From positions 248,001-312,000 of the IMG/VR virus record IMGVR_UViG_3300017963_000188: 64,000 bases of DNA; one strand, given 5' to 3'. The notes under the pieces are model-generated. The model was not told the DNA's origin, ran no database searches, and worked only from the letters and a program-made list of their open reading frames with translations. Positions 31,612 to 42,600 of the stretch are shown here, in pieces (the first letter of the stretch is position 1; the number at the start of each line of letters is the position of its first letter). Both the position numbers and the translations under genes were made by a program.

Positions 31612-32169
31612 ATGGAAGCAAAGCAGTTATATAATGGTGAGTGGATTAATTTGGTGAGTTGGAACAACTATGAGTTTGTCGATGAAGCTTCAATCGTGTT
31701 AGTTGTTCTGATCCGTAAGGATTCAGAAGAAGTTTTATATGGGATTCGAGAAGAGTATTGCCCACCATATTTCTATGATTCAGAATCTCCTGACAGTGCA
31801 ACAGAAGAACTTTACTATACCCTCATCACTGGAGGTATCGAAGAAGGAGAGGATGCAGAGGATGCTCTTTATAGAGAAATTGAAGAAGAGGCTGGTATCC
31901 AAATTGTACCTGGACAATCTCAGATAATTGCTCTGAGTGGTTCTATTCCAATGGTGAAATTTGCTTCCACACAAGTCTATCCTTTTGTAGTAAATCTAGA
32001 ACCAGGATCTTTCAAGGTTGTAGAAGCTATTGGTGATGGTACAGAAAATGAAAAGAAGAGCAAAACTTCATGGGTCACTGCTGAGGAAGTAAATCACATC
32101 ATAGAAGAAGGTAGAAATTTTGATTTTTTCTTTCTTTTTTTGAAATATCTTATAGAATATCCAAGATGA
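31612..32169 (+). CDS. Nudix hydrolase
   Basis: Complete Nudix box GX5EX7REUXEEXGU = GGIEEGEDAEDALYREIEEEAGI. Confidence 0.9.
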   Translation: MEAKQLYNGEWINLVSWNNYEFVDEASIVLVVLIRKDSEEVLYGIREEYCPPYFYDSESPDSATEELYYTLITGGIEEGEDAEDALYREIEEEAGIQIVPGQSQIIALSGSIPMVKFASTQVYPFVVNLEPGSFKVVEAIGDGTENEKKSKTSWVTAEEVNHIIEEGRNFDFFFLFLKYLIEYPR

Positions 32170-32206
32170 TGCTTCATTGATCTTTTTGTATATAGGGGAT
32201 ACTGAT

Positions 32207-32866
32207 ATGATCGTAAGAGAATTTTATAGAGGACCAATCGAGGGTGCAAAAATGAGACTTCAAACCAATGACCAGACTAATGGCCCCACAGGAGATTTCT
32301 GGGGGTTTATGGGTCCTGATTTAGGAGCTGATGCTTCTTTAAAGAATTTTCTAGAAAGTCCTGACCATAAGTTGGTATACGAGAAGAGGAATCTTATTGT
32401 CAAAGACATGTCAATTCTTTTGGCTCGTTTGGTGAAGGACAATCAGGAACCACCTCAGGGAGCCTATGTCCTTGCTGTAGGGACTGGAGATACTGGTTGG
32501 GACCCTATGAACCCCCCAGCAGCTACAGATGAGCAAAGGGCTCTAGAAAATGAGATTGAACGTAAGACATTTGCTGACACTCAATTCATTGATTCTGGTG
32601 GTTCTCCAGTAGCGTATCCAACAAAAATTGTAGACTTTATCACTACATTTTCAGAATCAGAAGCTGTAGGACCTCTGGTAGAAATGGGTCTTCTTGGTGG
32701 GAACATTTCGACTAACTTGTCTATCAAGAATCCTGTTCCTGCTGGAGCTTATGATGATACTGTTGACCTGACTAGCTACGAAACCATGTTAAATTATTTA
32801 ACATTTCCGGTAATAAACAAACCTGCGACAGCTACGTTGACTTGGGTTTGGAGGCTTACTTTTTAA
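32207..32866 (+). CDS. Tail fibre attachment / collar-like protein
   Basis: Likely start ATG 32207 (SD AGGGG) rather than TTG 32177. Motifs LAVGTGDTGW, LENEIERK, EMGLLGG and FPVINKPATATLTWVWRLTF resemble the N-terminal baseplate-binding domains of myophage fibres. Confidence 0.6.
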   Translation: MIVREFYRGPIEGAKMRLQTNDQTNGPTGDFWGFMGPDLGADASLKNFLESPDHKLVYEKRNLIVKDMSILLARLVKDNQEPPQGAYVLAVGTGDTGWDPMNPPAATDEQRALENEIERKTFADTQFIDSGGSPVAYPTKIVDFITTFSESEAVGPLVEMGLLGGNISTNLSIKNPVPAGAYDDTVDLTSYETMLNYLTFPVINKPATATLTWVWRLTF

Positions 32867-32878
32867 TAAGGATGCGTC

Positions 32879-35455
32879 ATGGATAAGAATTTTGATGGTT
32901 CTGTTTCGGGTTATCTAGATCCTGAAGAAAGAGCCTGGGAAACAATAGTTTACCAAAGCTCAAAGCCAATCTTGGATGTGGAGCAAAACTTACTTCAAGA
33001 TGCAAATTTTGAAGCTGCTCTTCGTAGGGTATCAGTTCCCAGTGGTTGGTTAAAGGGTGATTTCCTTGGTGGGAATATTGATTTTGAATACAGTAGCTCT
33101 ACAGCTAATGAATTCAAGTTGGTCAATAAACCAGTAGCTTTGGTGAATGGTTGGAAAGTAGTTGTCGAGTATACTGGCACTGATACAGCAAAAGAAAATA
33201 TACTTTCATTGTCAGCACCTCCAGCTACAGGTTGGAGAACAGACTTCGTGTTTTTAGAGGTCTGGAGGGCTTTGTTGAGTGCTAGTCCAGACACAACCAA
33301 TAAATCTGCTGGTGGTCGTGTCTATAGACATGGTAATGTAGGTATTGATCCAGCTCATGACGCTACTTTGAACTTTACAGATGATATTTTGCAGACTCCT
33401 CCTGGAGCTGAAACTTCTAAGAGAGTTCAGATTCAATATCGAATCAGAGTTGTAGATGGGATCAATATTAGTAGTTTCCCAATGGGTATGAACGATCCAA
33501 ATGTTGAGGCTCAGGGCACACAAGGATCTCCTGTAGGCACCTATACTTTTACTAACATGGGAGCTACTGCTGGTGATTATGGTCTATGGAGAGCCGGTGC
33601 TGGTGATACAGCGTCTCAGACAGCTCTTGGGACTGTGGATGGGTATAGTTATGCTATCCCCATTGCTGCTGTGTTTAGACGGAATACAACTGCTTTCTCA
33701 CAGTCTACTAATCATAATGGTGGTGTCCTGATAAGTGCTGGTACAAGTGACCGTCCAGATGATTTGTTTTCTGATGAGATTTCAAATGGTGATGTCCTTG
33801 ATATGAGACAGGGTACATCTCTTGTGGGTTGGGACCTTGATGAAATCTTGGAAACAAGCTTTTCAGCTTTGCTTGATAATACTTTATCTCAGGTAGAACA
33901 GAACACTAATAGTGTTCCTGGTTACACCTATGGGATGGTAGGGACTACTGTTCTACATGCTGATGAGATTGGTCCTGCTGGTACAGGTGGTTTGGGAGGT
34001 ATGAATATAGGGGAGCAGGATGCTGTCAGAAGGCGTTTCTCTGATAGAGCTATAGTAGAGCATCCCATAGTCATAAAAACCCCTACAGGAGCAACCTGGG
34101 TGAGTGACGAGGTTGTTACAATCAATCTTGGTAACTTCAATCCATATCCATTTGATGAGGGTTCAGGGTTTGACCTTGCATCAATGAGCCCTGCAAATAC
34201 GGTCATTACCGATATTCGATCTGCCTATTTTGATCATCCAAATACAACTACTGGTAAGGTCAAGGCATTTTTCAGTGAGATAAAGGGTATTGGTTCAAAT
34301 ATTGTCACATTGACTCTTGCGGATGGGGTGTGGACAGGTAATAGTCCTGATCTATGGCTCGAAGTTGAAATATCCTACCCACCTGGGAATGGTTTGACTG
34401 CAACTCCATCCAATGATTTTGGAGATACTTGGAATTCTGGTGCAGGTGGACCATTTACTTTGGAAGATGACCCCGCTGGTAGTCGTCCCGCTGACTTCAA
34501 TGACTTTGTAAATCTTGAAGTGGTGAAAAATAACCGTGAAGTTCAGGTTTTGTATGAGACAACAGATAAGACACTAGATGTATATGCTAAGGATGTGAAC
34601 ACTATAGTCCTTCCAGATCGTGTTGGTTCTGTGACAAGTGTAACAGAAGATCCATTGGGCACACCTGTTGGTCATTCATTTACTTTTACAGCAAATGATC
34701 CAGATAGGGAGATTTCAACATCTGTTGATCCACTTTCAGATCCAGATGCTTTAGTCAGAGTGGTCTATAAAGCTCTTAGACCTATTCCAAATACAGTAGG
34801 GTACTATCAAACAGTTTTTTATCAATCCAGAGCATTACAGCCTGTGAAAGATAGTATGCTGCCGAATAGTTTATTGTATCGTACCTTGTATGTGAGCCCA
34901 TATATATACGCTTTGACTGGTGGGACGGGATCATTTGGAGCTACTTATCCATATGAAGTTCCTCATGTCCACATCCCTGTATATATCAATGGAGCAGCTC
35001 CATATGTATTCAATGGGGAACATGAATTAGACTCTCCTCTTGACACCTTTACTGATGACTTTGATGCTGCTTCGGGATTTTTAAGAGTTTCTCAGAATAT
35101 ACCTCTTGTTCCGATGGCTTCAGCAGAATTACAACGGACTGCTGTGACTGATGTTGATCCTGAACAACGGGCTTTTTACCCAGAAGTACCAACATCAGAA
35201 TATCGACCCGCAGCATTTGGTAAGAACCTTTCTTTCCCACAGCGGCATAAAGTGTTCTTTCCAATTATAGCAGAACTTTTAGATGACTATGATTTCGGTA
35301 ACAAAGGCACATTGGTAATGATTGTCTTTATCCGATGGGCTGAAAATGACAATGAGAACAATGTCAGATTCGTAGATACTCCTGCTGATGATACTAGTTG
35401 TGCTGCTGTTTACCGACTCAAGGGGAATCTGTTACTGAATAGACGGAGTGTCTAA
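32879..35455 (+). CDS. Tail fibre/baseplate appendage protein, family A paralog 1 (DUF4815/DUF6519-like N-terminus)
   Basis: 858 aa. IVYQSSKPILDVEQN, DFVFLEVWRA, ETSKRVQIQYRIRV and GLWRAG...DGYSYAIPIAAVFRRN are shared with ORF 55380-59384. Confidence 0.6.
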   Translation: MDKNFDGSVSGYLDPEERAWETIVYQSSKPILDVEQNLLQDANFEAALRRVSVPSGWLKGDFLGGNIDFEYSSSTANEFKLVNKPVALVNGWKVVVEYTGTDTAKENILSLSAPPATGWRTDFVFLEVWRALLSASPDTTNKSAGGRVYRHGNVGIDPAHDATLNFTDDILQTPPGAETSKRVQIQYRIRVVDGINISSFPMGMNDPNVEAQGTQGSPVGTYTFTNMGATAGDYGLWRAGAGDTASQTALGTVDGYSYAIPIAAVFRRNTTAFSQSTNHNGGVLISAGTSDRPDDLFSDEISNGDVLDMRQGTSLVGWDLDEILETSFSALLDNTLSQVEQNTNSVPGYTYGMVGTTVLHADEIGPAGTGGLGGMNIGEQDAVRRRFSDRAIVEHPIVIKTPTGATWVSDEVVTINLGNFNPYPFDEGSGFDLASMSPANTVITDIRSAYFDHPNTTTGKVKAFFSEIKGIGSNIVTLTLADGVWTGNSPDLWLEVEISYPPGNGLTATPSNDFGDTWNSGAGGPFTLEDDPAGSRPADFNDFVNLEVVKNNREVQVLYETTDKTLDVYAKDVNTIVLPDRVGSVTSVTEDPLGTPVGHSFTFTANDPDREISTSVDPLSDPDALVRVVYKALRPIPNTVGYYQTVFYQSRALQPVKDSMLPNSLLYRTLYVSPYIYALTGGTGSFGATYPYEVPHVHIPVYINGAAPYVFNGEHELDSPLDTFTDDFDAASGFLRVSQNIPLVPMASAELQRTAVTDVDPEQRAFYPEVPTSEYRPAAFGKNLSFPQRHKVFFPIIAELLDDYDFGNKGTLVMIVFIRWAENDNENNVRFVDTPADDTSCAAVYRLKGNLLLNRRSV

Positions 35456-38400
35456 TGCCGACTAAAGTAGACCCAGGCACATTAGCCATTGGGAATGGTA
35501 AAGCAGCACAGGATTCTGTGTCTGTATCTTCCCTTGACTTTGCTCATGTAGTGGATTTCCAGGCTGCTCTATCAGGGCATCTCAATGATCCAATAGGTGC
35601 TCATCCAGCCACAGCTATTTCAACTCAGGATACCTATGGTAAATTCGATTGGACCCATGTCGAAGGGTCTTTGAATGAATTATCAGATCTCATGCCAGAT
35701 CTGATCAATACTTTGGGACAAGAGCAAGAGGGAGTCCCAAATAGTGGTGTGCCTTATTGGGGTACATTGGAAGATACTTACGATAGAATTGGAACCACTC
35801 AATCAGGTGGTTTTACTTGTACTACAGCAAATCATGCTCATGCTTCATGGAGTGGTGGGAATCAGGGGGGTACTCCTGGTAATTGGTTAGTAGAGACTCA
35901 TTGTTTACTTCAAAGTTCTATCACTACCTTTGATCTTTCTGGTATTTTGTACCCTGCTGACAGAGGGTATTTAGTATTGCTATATGCAAAGAATGGTGTC
36001 TTTGATAATACTGTGAATACAATTGAAGTTGGGGAACTTGATCTAGAAGCTAATTTCAGTGAGTCTTATAGACGTGTTCCCAATTATCAACAACCTAATT
36101 ATGTGGGTGTAGATACACATGATTCTGGGCCTGATATTTTCACACTAACATATCGACTCCCAGCTCTTAAGGAGTACAGTGCAGGAACACCTTATGAGCC
36201 ATATGATTTCAATTATCTGCAATTTCAGTTGGCTTATTTCAGTGTATCTATTGATCTCACATTATCACCATTCAATATTGGGGTTGATGTAGATTTTGGT
36301 TCTTTGAAACTGTTTCATTTCAAGACCTACAGTAATGTTGCTACAGCAGACTATAGTGCTTCAAATCTGTATGGGTCTCATGGTAAGTATGATATCTATA
36401 GTGAAGTCGATCCTGGACTGCCTGTTATTGGGACTCCTGGGACTGATTATATAGTTGAACCTACTTTTCCAGTTGGTACTGAAACACCTCCTGGTGGTAG
36501 TTATAACTGCGATTTGGCATCTCCAAATGATTTCACAAGTGCTTCAGCAGTCTTTGCAGGAGATGCTACTGATAGAGGGAAGATACTTACAGTCACAGGA
36601 TCAGTGAATGGTAACAATGGGGACTACCAAATATTAGTCGAAGATACGACTACTCATGTCAAGGTATATCCTGATTTTCCGGGGTCTCTTCCAGAAACCA
36701 CATTGAATTTTAGTATTTCTGCTCCAAATATTTTCAGATTGTCTGGTATATATCACTATGGTTCTGATAATGGATTTTGGTTGAAGTCAAGTATTGCAGG
36801 AGCAGTTTCTGGACTATGGAATCTCTCATATCTTACTGGGGTAGAATCAGATAGTAAGGTTTCTTCTGGATATCTTAGTGATAAATCTCCTTTGAAATAT
36901 GACCTTACAGATTTTGGTGCTGGGACTAGAGAAATCCCATATCATTTGTTAGATAATAATGATGCTATCAATCCTACTGATGGGTGGGATTTGAGTAAGG
37001 GAAATGGTCCAGGGCAGAGTGATGATGCAGAATACATAGGGGTTCTCATCAGCGGATCATCAGGTGGTGGTGTGAGTGACGATGCAAAAGTAAAAAATAC
37101 AATACGCACACCTTTTGCTTTGACAGAACTCGATGCAATCACTCAAACTGGTAATAAAATTCTGACAAATGCTTATGAACAGATTATAACTGGTAGATCA
37201 CAGATCGAAGATTTCACTACAGAGTTATTCAGGTATCATTTTGATGTGGCTCAAGATGAAAACACAGATTTGTTTGAACATGAGAGATACCCTTTAGTTC
37301 CTTATACTAGAGCTACTCCCAATATTGGTAATGATGGGGTGGTTTCTTCTACCAACACACTTACTTCTGCTACTGCAAATTTCACCAGTGGTGATACTGG
37401 GCGCACAATATTGATTTCTAGTGTGAAACTTTATTGGTCTGATAGTACAGCAAACAAAATACAAAGGTCCAACATTGATGGTTCGAGTGTTGAGGATGTT
37501 GTCACTGGTATTGGAGATGCTGCTGGTTTAGCACTCGATATTAATGGTGGGAAAATATATTGGGCCAATGCAACGGATCAGAAAGTACAACGAGCTAATT
37601 TTGATGGTTCAAGCATTGAAGATTTGGTGACTGGTCTTGGCACTAAGGTGTTTGCTGTTGCTTTAGATTTAGCTGTTGGGAAAATGTACTGGGCAGATTC
37701 GGATGCTGATAAAATACAACGATCTAATTTAGATGGGTCTGATGTTGAAGATGTTGTTTTAACGGGGGTAGGTAATCTTCAAAGCCTCGCTTTAAATCAC
37801 AATCTCCAAAAAGTATACTGGTCTGATCAAGGGACTTCAAAAATACAACGAGCCAATTTTGATGGTTCTGATGTTGAAGATGTTATCACAGGTGCTTCAG
37901 GTCCTAATAATATTGCTTTTGATTATACTGAAGGGAAGATGTACTGGACTGAGACAGCAGGTAACTCTATACGGAAAGCGAATTTTGATGGTTCAAGTGC
38001 AGTAAATGTCCTTACAGGATTGTCATGGCCAAGAGGTATGGCAATAAATGTTGAAGAAAGGAAGATTTATTGGTTTGACGGGAGCACCAACAATTTAAGG
38101 CAAACAGATTTCGATGGTAGCTACCTTTTGACTTTGAATTCAGGGATTTCGAATATGCCTCATATAGCATATTATGATAATCCTGTGTACGATGGTAGTT
38201 ACAAAGCTACATATGTTAGTTCTACTCAAATTACAGTGGAACCTGATTGGCCTACTCATATAGAAACTTCTGTGTCTTGGTACTTCCCAACAGTCTGGGA
38301 TTCTGATCTTGCTTTAGGATCACATATCCAGAACGAGCTTCAAGTTTTGGATGGTAAACTTGTTTACCCACAGACTAATTTCACTGCTGGGTATTACCCT

Positions 38401-39597
38401 AGTAATGGTCAGCAAAATTACGCTACGTTGTTTGCTGCTGATGTTGCTAATACAATTCGATGGTATACTCGACTTATTGACACACAATCTCCAGCAAATA
38501 GTGGTAAAATTCGTATCAAAGGTATTTCTGATTCTGCTTTTGCTGCTGGTGTTTACACAGGGGATTTGGTAGCAGACCATTCAGGTGGGGCTGTGGTTTT
38601 GATGAAAGTTCCTGGTGTGACAGGGTGGCTTGATTTGGGTCGTTATGATGGAGATCCAAATTCTGATAAGACTCAAGATTACTATGGTTGTTTAACATTT
38701 GCTTTTTACACTCAGGATATACAAACAGGGGTAGGTACCACATATGGTATAGCTCTTGATACTGATTCTGAAAAGATATATTGGGCTGATAGTAGTAGTG
38801 GGGATATTAAACGATCTGATTTTGATGGTAGTAACATTGAAACCATTCATACAGGACTTGGATCTCTTCGAGGTATTGCCATTGATGCAAATGGTGGAAA
38901 ACTCTATTGGGTTGATTTCACTGGTTTCATCTATCGTTCAAATATAGATGGATCAAATATTGAGACAATAATCTCAGGGTTGTCTTTTCCCAGATGTCTT
39001 GCTCTAGATATAGATGCAGGTAAGTTGTATTATGGGGGTAATGGTGGGATAAAACGATCCAATCTGGATGGCTCTGATATTGAAGATATTATCATTATAG
39101 GGACTGTAGGTGGGTTGTCTCTAGATACAAATGCCGAGAAAGTGTATTGGTTTGATATTCTTGGCACAAAGAAAATCCTACGAGCCAATCTTGATGGTAG
39201 TTCGGTGGAGGTTCTTGTAGATTATGGGATTGACCCTACTGGTATTGCTGTTGATGCTGCTGGAGGGAAAATATATTGGGTTGATACTACAGGCACAGAT
39301 TATGTTAAACGTGCTAACCTAGATGGTTCTGATATTGAAGATGTTATAGGTCTAGGGAGTCAGAACCCTACTGCTATAGTTTTAGATGTTTCTGATAATA
39401 TTATGTATTGGGCAGAGGATTCCAGTAGTAAGATCCGAAGAGCCAACATGGATGGTTCAGGTATTTATAGTTATAACACTGAATTCTACACTCAAGATAA
39501 TGGTGATGGGGGATGCCCTATTGCTATTAGGATAGGTTTCATCAAAGATGGTACGGGTGAAAACCATGAGGTTGAATCCATTGAATGGTTACCATAA
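35455..39597 (+). CDS. Virion appendage protein, family B paralog 1, with two six-bladed LDLR class B (YWTD) beta-propellers
   Basis: 1380 aa. HLNDPIGAHPATAIS fibre-type motif. Twelve KxYWxD...IxRxNxDGS repeats (about 37423-38175 and 38718-39462). KVPGVTGWLDLG C-terminal scaffold. Confidence 0.8.
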   Translation: MPTKVDPGTLAIGNGKAAQDSVSVSSLDFAHVVDFQAALSGHLNDPIGAHPATAISTQDTYGKFDWTHVEGSLNELSDLMPDLINTLGQEQEGVPNSGVPYWGTLEDTYDRIGTTQSGGFTCTTANHAHASWSGGNQGGTPGNWLVETHCLLQSSITTFDLSGILYPADRGYLVLLYAKNGVFDNTVNTIEVGELDLEANFSESYRRVPNYQQPNYVGVDTHDSGPDIFTLTYRLPALKEYSAGTPYEPYDFNYLQFQLAYFSVSIDLTLSPFNIGVDVDFGSLKLFHFKTYSNVATADYSASNLYGSHGKYDIYSEVDPGLPVIGTPGTDYIVEPTFPVGTETPPGGSYNCDLASPNDFTSASAVFAGDATDRGKILTVTGSVNGNNGDYQILVEDTTTHVKVYPDFPGSLPETTLNFSISAPNIFRLSGIYHYGSDNGFWLKSSIAGAVSGLWNLSYLTGVESDSKVSSGYLSDKSPLKYDLTDFGAGTREIPYHLLDNNDAINPTDGWDLSKGNGPGQSDDAEYIGVLISGSSGGGVSDDAKVKNTIRTPFALTELDAITQTGNKILTNAYEQIITGRSQIEDFTTELFRYHFDVAQDENTDLFEHERYPLVPYTRATPNIGNDGVVSSTNTLTSATANFTSGDTGRTILISSVKLYWSDSTANKIQRSNIDGSSVEDVVTGIGDAAGLALDINGGKIYWANATDQKVQRANFDGSSIEDLVTGLGTKVFAVALDLAVGKMYWADSDADKIQRSNLDGSDVEDVVLTGVGNLQSLALNHNLQKVYWSDQGTSKIQRANFDGSDVEDVITGASGPNNIAFDYTEGKMYWTETAGNSIRKANFDGSSAVNVLTGLSWPRGMAINVEERKIYWFDGSTNNLRQTDFDGSYLLTLNSGISNMPHIAYYDNPVYDGSYKATYVSSTQITVEPDWPTHIETSVSWYFPTVWDSDLALGSHIQNELQVLDGKLVYPQTNFTAGYYPSNGQQNYATLFAADVANTIRWYTRLIDTQSPANSGKIRIKGISDSAFAAGVYTGDLVADHSGGAVVLMKVPGVTGWLDLGRYDGDPNSDKTQDYYGCLTFAFYTQDIQTGVGTTYGIALDTDSEKIYWADSSSGDIKRSDFDGSNIETIHTGLGSLRGIAIDANGGKLYWVDFTGFIYRSNIDGSNIETIISGLSFPRCLALDIDAGKLYYGGNGGIKRSNLDGSDIEDIIIIGTVGGLSLDTNAEKVYWFDILGTKKILRANLDGSSVEVLVDYGIDPTGIAVDAAGGKIYWVDTTGTDYVKRANLDGSDIEDVIGLGSQNPTAIVLDVSDNIMYWAEDSSSKIRRANMDGSGIYSYNTEFYTQDNGDGGCPIAIRIGFIKDGTGENHEVESIEWLP

Positions 39598-39609
39598 TGA
39601 GGTATTTCG

Positions 39610-42600
39610 ATGCCAACTAAAGTAGATCCAGGTACTCTTGCCATAGGTAGTGGTAAGGCTGCTCAAGATAGTATTTCAGTATCTTCTCTTGATTTTGCTC
39701 ATTTGATTGATTTTCAAGCAGCTTTGTCAGCTCACGTCAATGACCCTGATGGGGCTCATCCAGCTTCTGCTATTTCGGTGCAGGATGTTTACGCAAAATA
39801 TGATGGTGTGAATGCTGAAATCGTGTTTGATGAAATTTCTGATCTTGTTCCAGATTACCCTAATGCTATTGGTGAAAGTCGATCAGTTCCAAATTCGGGA
39901 GTGCCTGATTGGGGTGTTTTGGATACATACTCTAAGACAGGTGGTTTCACTTGTGATACAGCAAATCATGGTCATACATCGTGGGGTGGTGGGAATCAAG
40001 GAGGCACCCCAGGGGATTGGATAGCAGAGACTCATTGTTTGATTCCTGATACAGTCACAGGCTGTGTAATTACAGGTACACTGTACCCTGCTGATAGAGG
40101 ATACCTTGTGCTATTGTATGCTACAAAGGGTGTGTTTGATAATAGTGGGGATACAATAGAAGTTGGAAAGCTGAATCTAGCTTCTAATTTTGATGAGCTT
40201 CGTAGACGAAACCCTGCTGTGGGATACCAACAACTTGATTACACAGCTTCTGAAAATCATTGGGACCCTGGCACAGATATATTTTCACTAACGTATCGTC
40301 TTCCAATGCTAAAGGAATATGATGCTGGAGTACCTTATACTACATATGATTTCAATTATCTTCAGTTCCAATTAGCTCGATACACAGCCACATTGGATTT
40401 GACGGCTACTCCATTTGATATTGGTACTGATGTAGATTTTGGATCTCTTAAATTGTTCCATTTCAAGTCATATACAAATGTGGCTGGAGCTAATTACAGT
40501 GCTTCAAATCTGTATGGGTCACATGGGAAATTGGATATTTATTCTGACACTTCACCAGCAGCTCCAACTTTAAATGAAGCTGGTGGTGAGGTATTAATCA
40601 ATGCTGCATATCCTTTGGGTACAGAAACAACGTCAGTAGTAGCAAATGCTGACCTCACAACTCCGAACAATCTGGCTGCTGGTACAGCAATCTTTGCTGG
40701 AGATTCTACAGACCGTGGCAAGATACTTACCATTACAGGTTCTAGTCAGGGGAACAATGGTACTTACCAAGTTTTGAATGAGGTAGACGCCTCGAATGTC
40801 AAGGTATACCCTAATTTCCCTGGCACATTGCCTGATACAGTGACACCACAAGTGCAGATAGAAGGTGCTAATGTAGTACGTCTTTCAGGAATAGCACATT
40901 ATGGTCCTGATAATGGTTTTTATGTAGACCAGACTTTTATCACCACTCCAGATTTTTGGAATAATTCATACCTAACCAGTGATGTGGCTGATCCAAAAGT
41001 GTCTTCGGAGTATTTAAGTGATAAGTCACCTCTGAGTTATGACTTTAGTGATTTCGGAGTTGTTGTAAAAGACATACCTTACCATTTGGATCTTTCTTCT
41101 GTTAGTTTGAGTAAAGGAGATGGACCAGCAATAGATACTTCTGCTAGTCATCGAGCTACATTCATAAGTCAAGAATCTTTAGTAGTAAGAAAGGGTGGTA
41201 GTTCCTATTTGTCTAGAGTATCACATATAGTACGTTCTCCTTTCACCACAATGCAAGATTACAGCTCAAATCCAGTTGGTATCCTTTTGGTAGACGTTTA
41301 TGGGCAAGAAATATCTAGTAAAATGAAAGAAGAATTTTACACAGAGCAGTATAGATATGATCTTGGTACAGATCTCTTAGAGTTCATCAAGTATCCAATA
41401 ATTCCTTATGATCGTAGTGCTCCAAATTTTGGGGATGATGGTGTTGTTTCAGGGTCAAATACCTTTACTTCAGCTACAGCTAGTTTTACTTCAGCAGATA
41501 CTGGTAGAATAATAAATATTGCTAAAAGGCCAAAATTATATTGGACTGACCGTCAGGATGACCAAATTCAAAGATCTAATCTTGATGGAGCATTTGTCGA
41601 GACCGTGTATTCATGGGGACAGAATCCAAATGGTATAGCTTTAGATACTGTTAATGGTAAAATTTACTGGGCTGATTTTAATTACCAAGAAGTAAAGAGA
41701 ATGAATTTTGATGGTAGTGGTTTTGAGACAGTATGGTCGGGACAGCAAGTATATAAAATAGCACTTGATGTAGATGCTGGTAAAATTTATTACTCAGACA
41801 GAGGAGACCATTGGATAAAACGAGCAAATATGTCAGATGGTTCTAGTAAAGAAAGTCTTATTAATTATGATGATGTCGATTGTGTGTTTCTTGATATCGA
41901 TGCAGGTAAAATATACTATACTACAGGAAGCCCAGGATTAAATACCATCTCTAGAGCTAATATGTCTGATGGTTCTAGTATTGAAGTTTTGTATACTGTA
42001 ACCAGTCCTGAATGGATACCTGATTTTGCTTTTGACTTAATACATGGATATATTTATTTTACAGTTATTGGTCCTTCAGGTAGAATTATGCGGTGTGATT
42101 TGGATGGTTCAAATGATGTCACAATAACACCATCAGTAATGGCTTACAATATTGAAATTGATGTTGATGGTGGTAAGTTATATTGGAGTGATGTGACTTC
42201 CAATGTCATTAAATGGAGTGACTTGGATGGTTCTAATATTGAAAGTATTATTTCAGTGACATCAGGGTCCGAATCTGTGAGGGATATGGCTCTGATGTTG
42301 GAATCTTCTTTTGAGAGTTATACTGCTACTTATGTCAATGGTACTGAAATAAGTGTGAGTCCCGATTGGCCTTCAGTAGATGGTGTTATGCGGGAATGGA
42401 GATTTCCAGTGCAATTTGATTCAGATGCAGATCTTTCAACATTCACACAAAAAGAACTTCAAGTTGCATCTGGGCAATTAGTAGTGCCAGAAAATGATTA
42501 CACCGCAGGTTGGGCTTTACCAAGTGCTGGTCAGTTTGATTATAGTGGTTTAGCAGGTGGGGACCCTGCTGATACAATTCGATGGTATACAAGACTTTTT

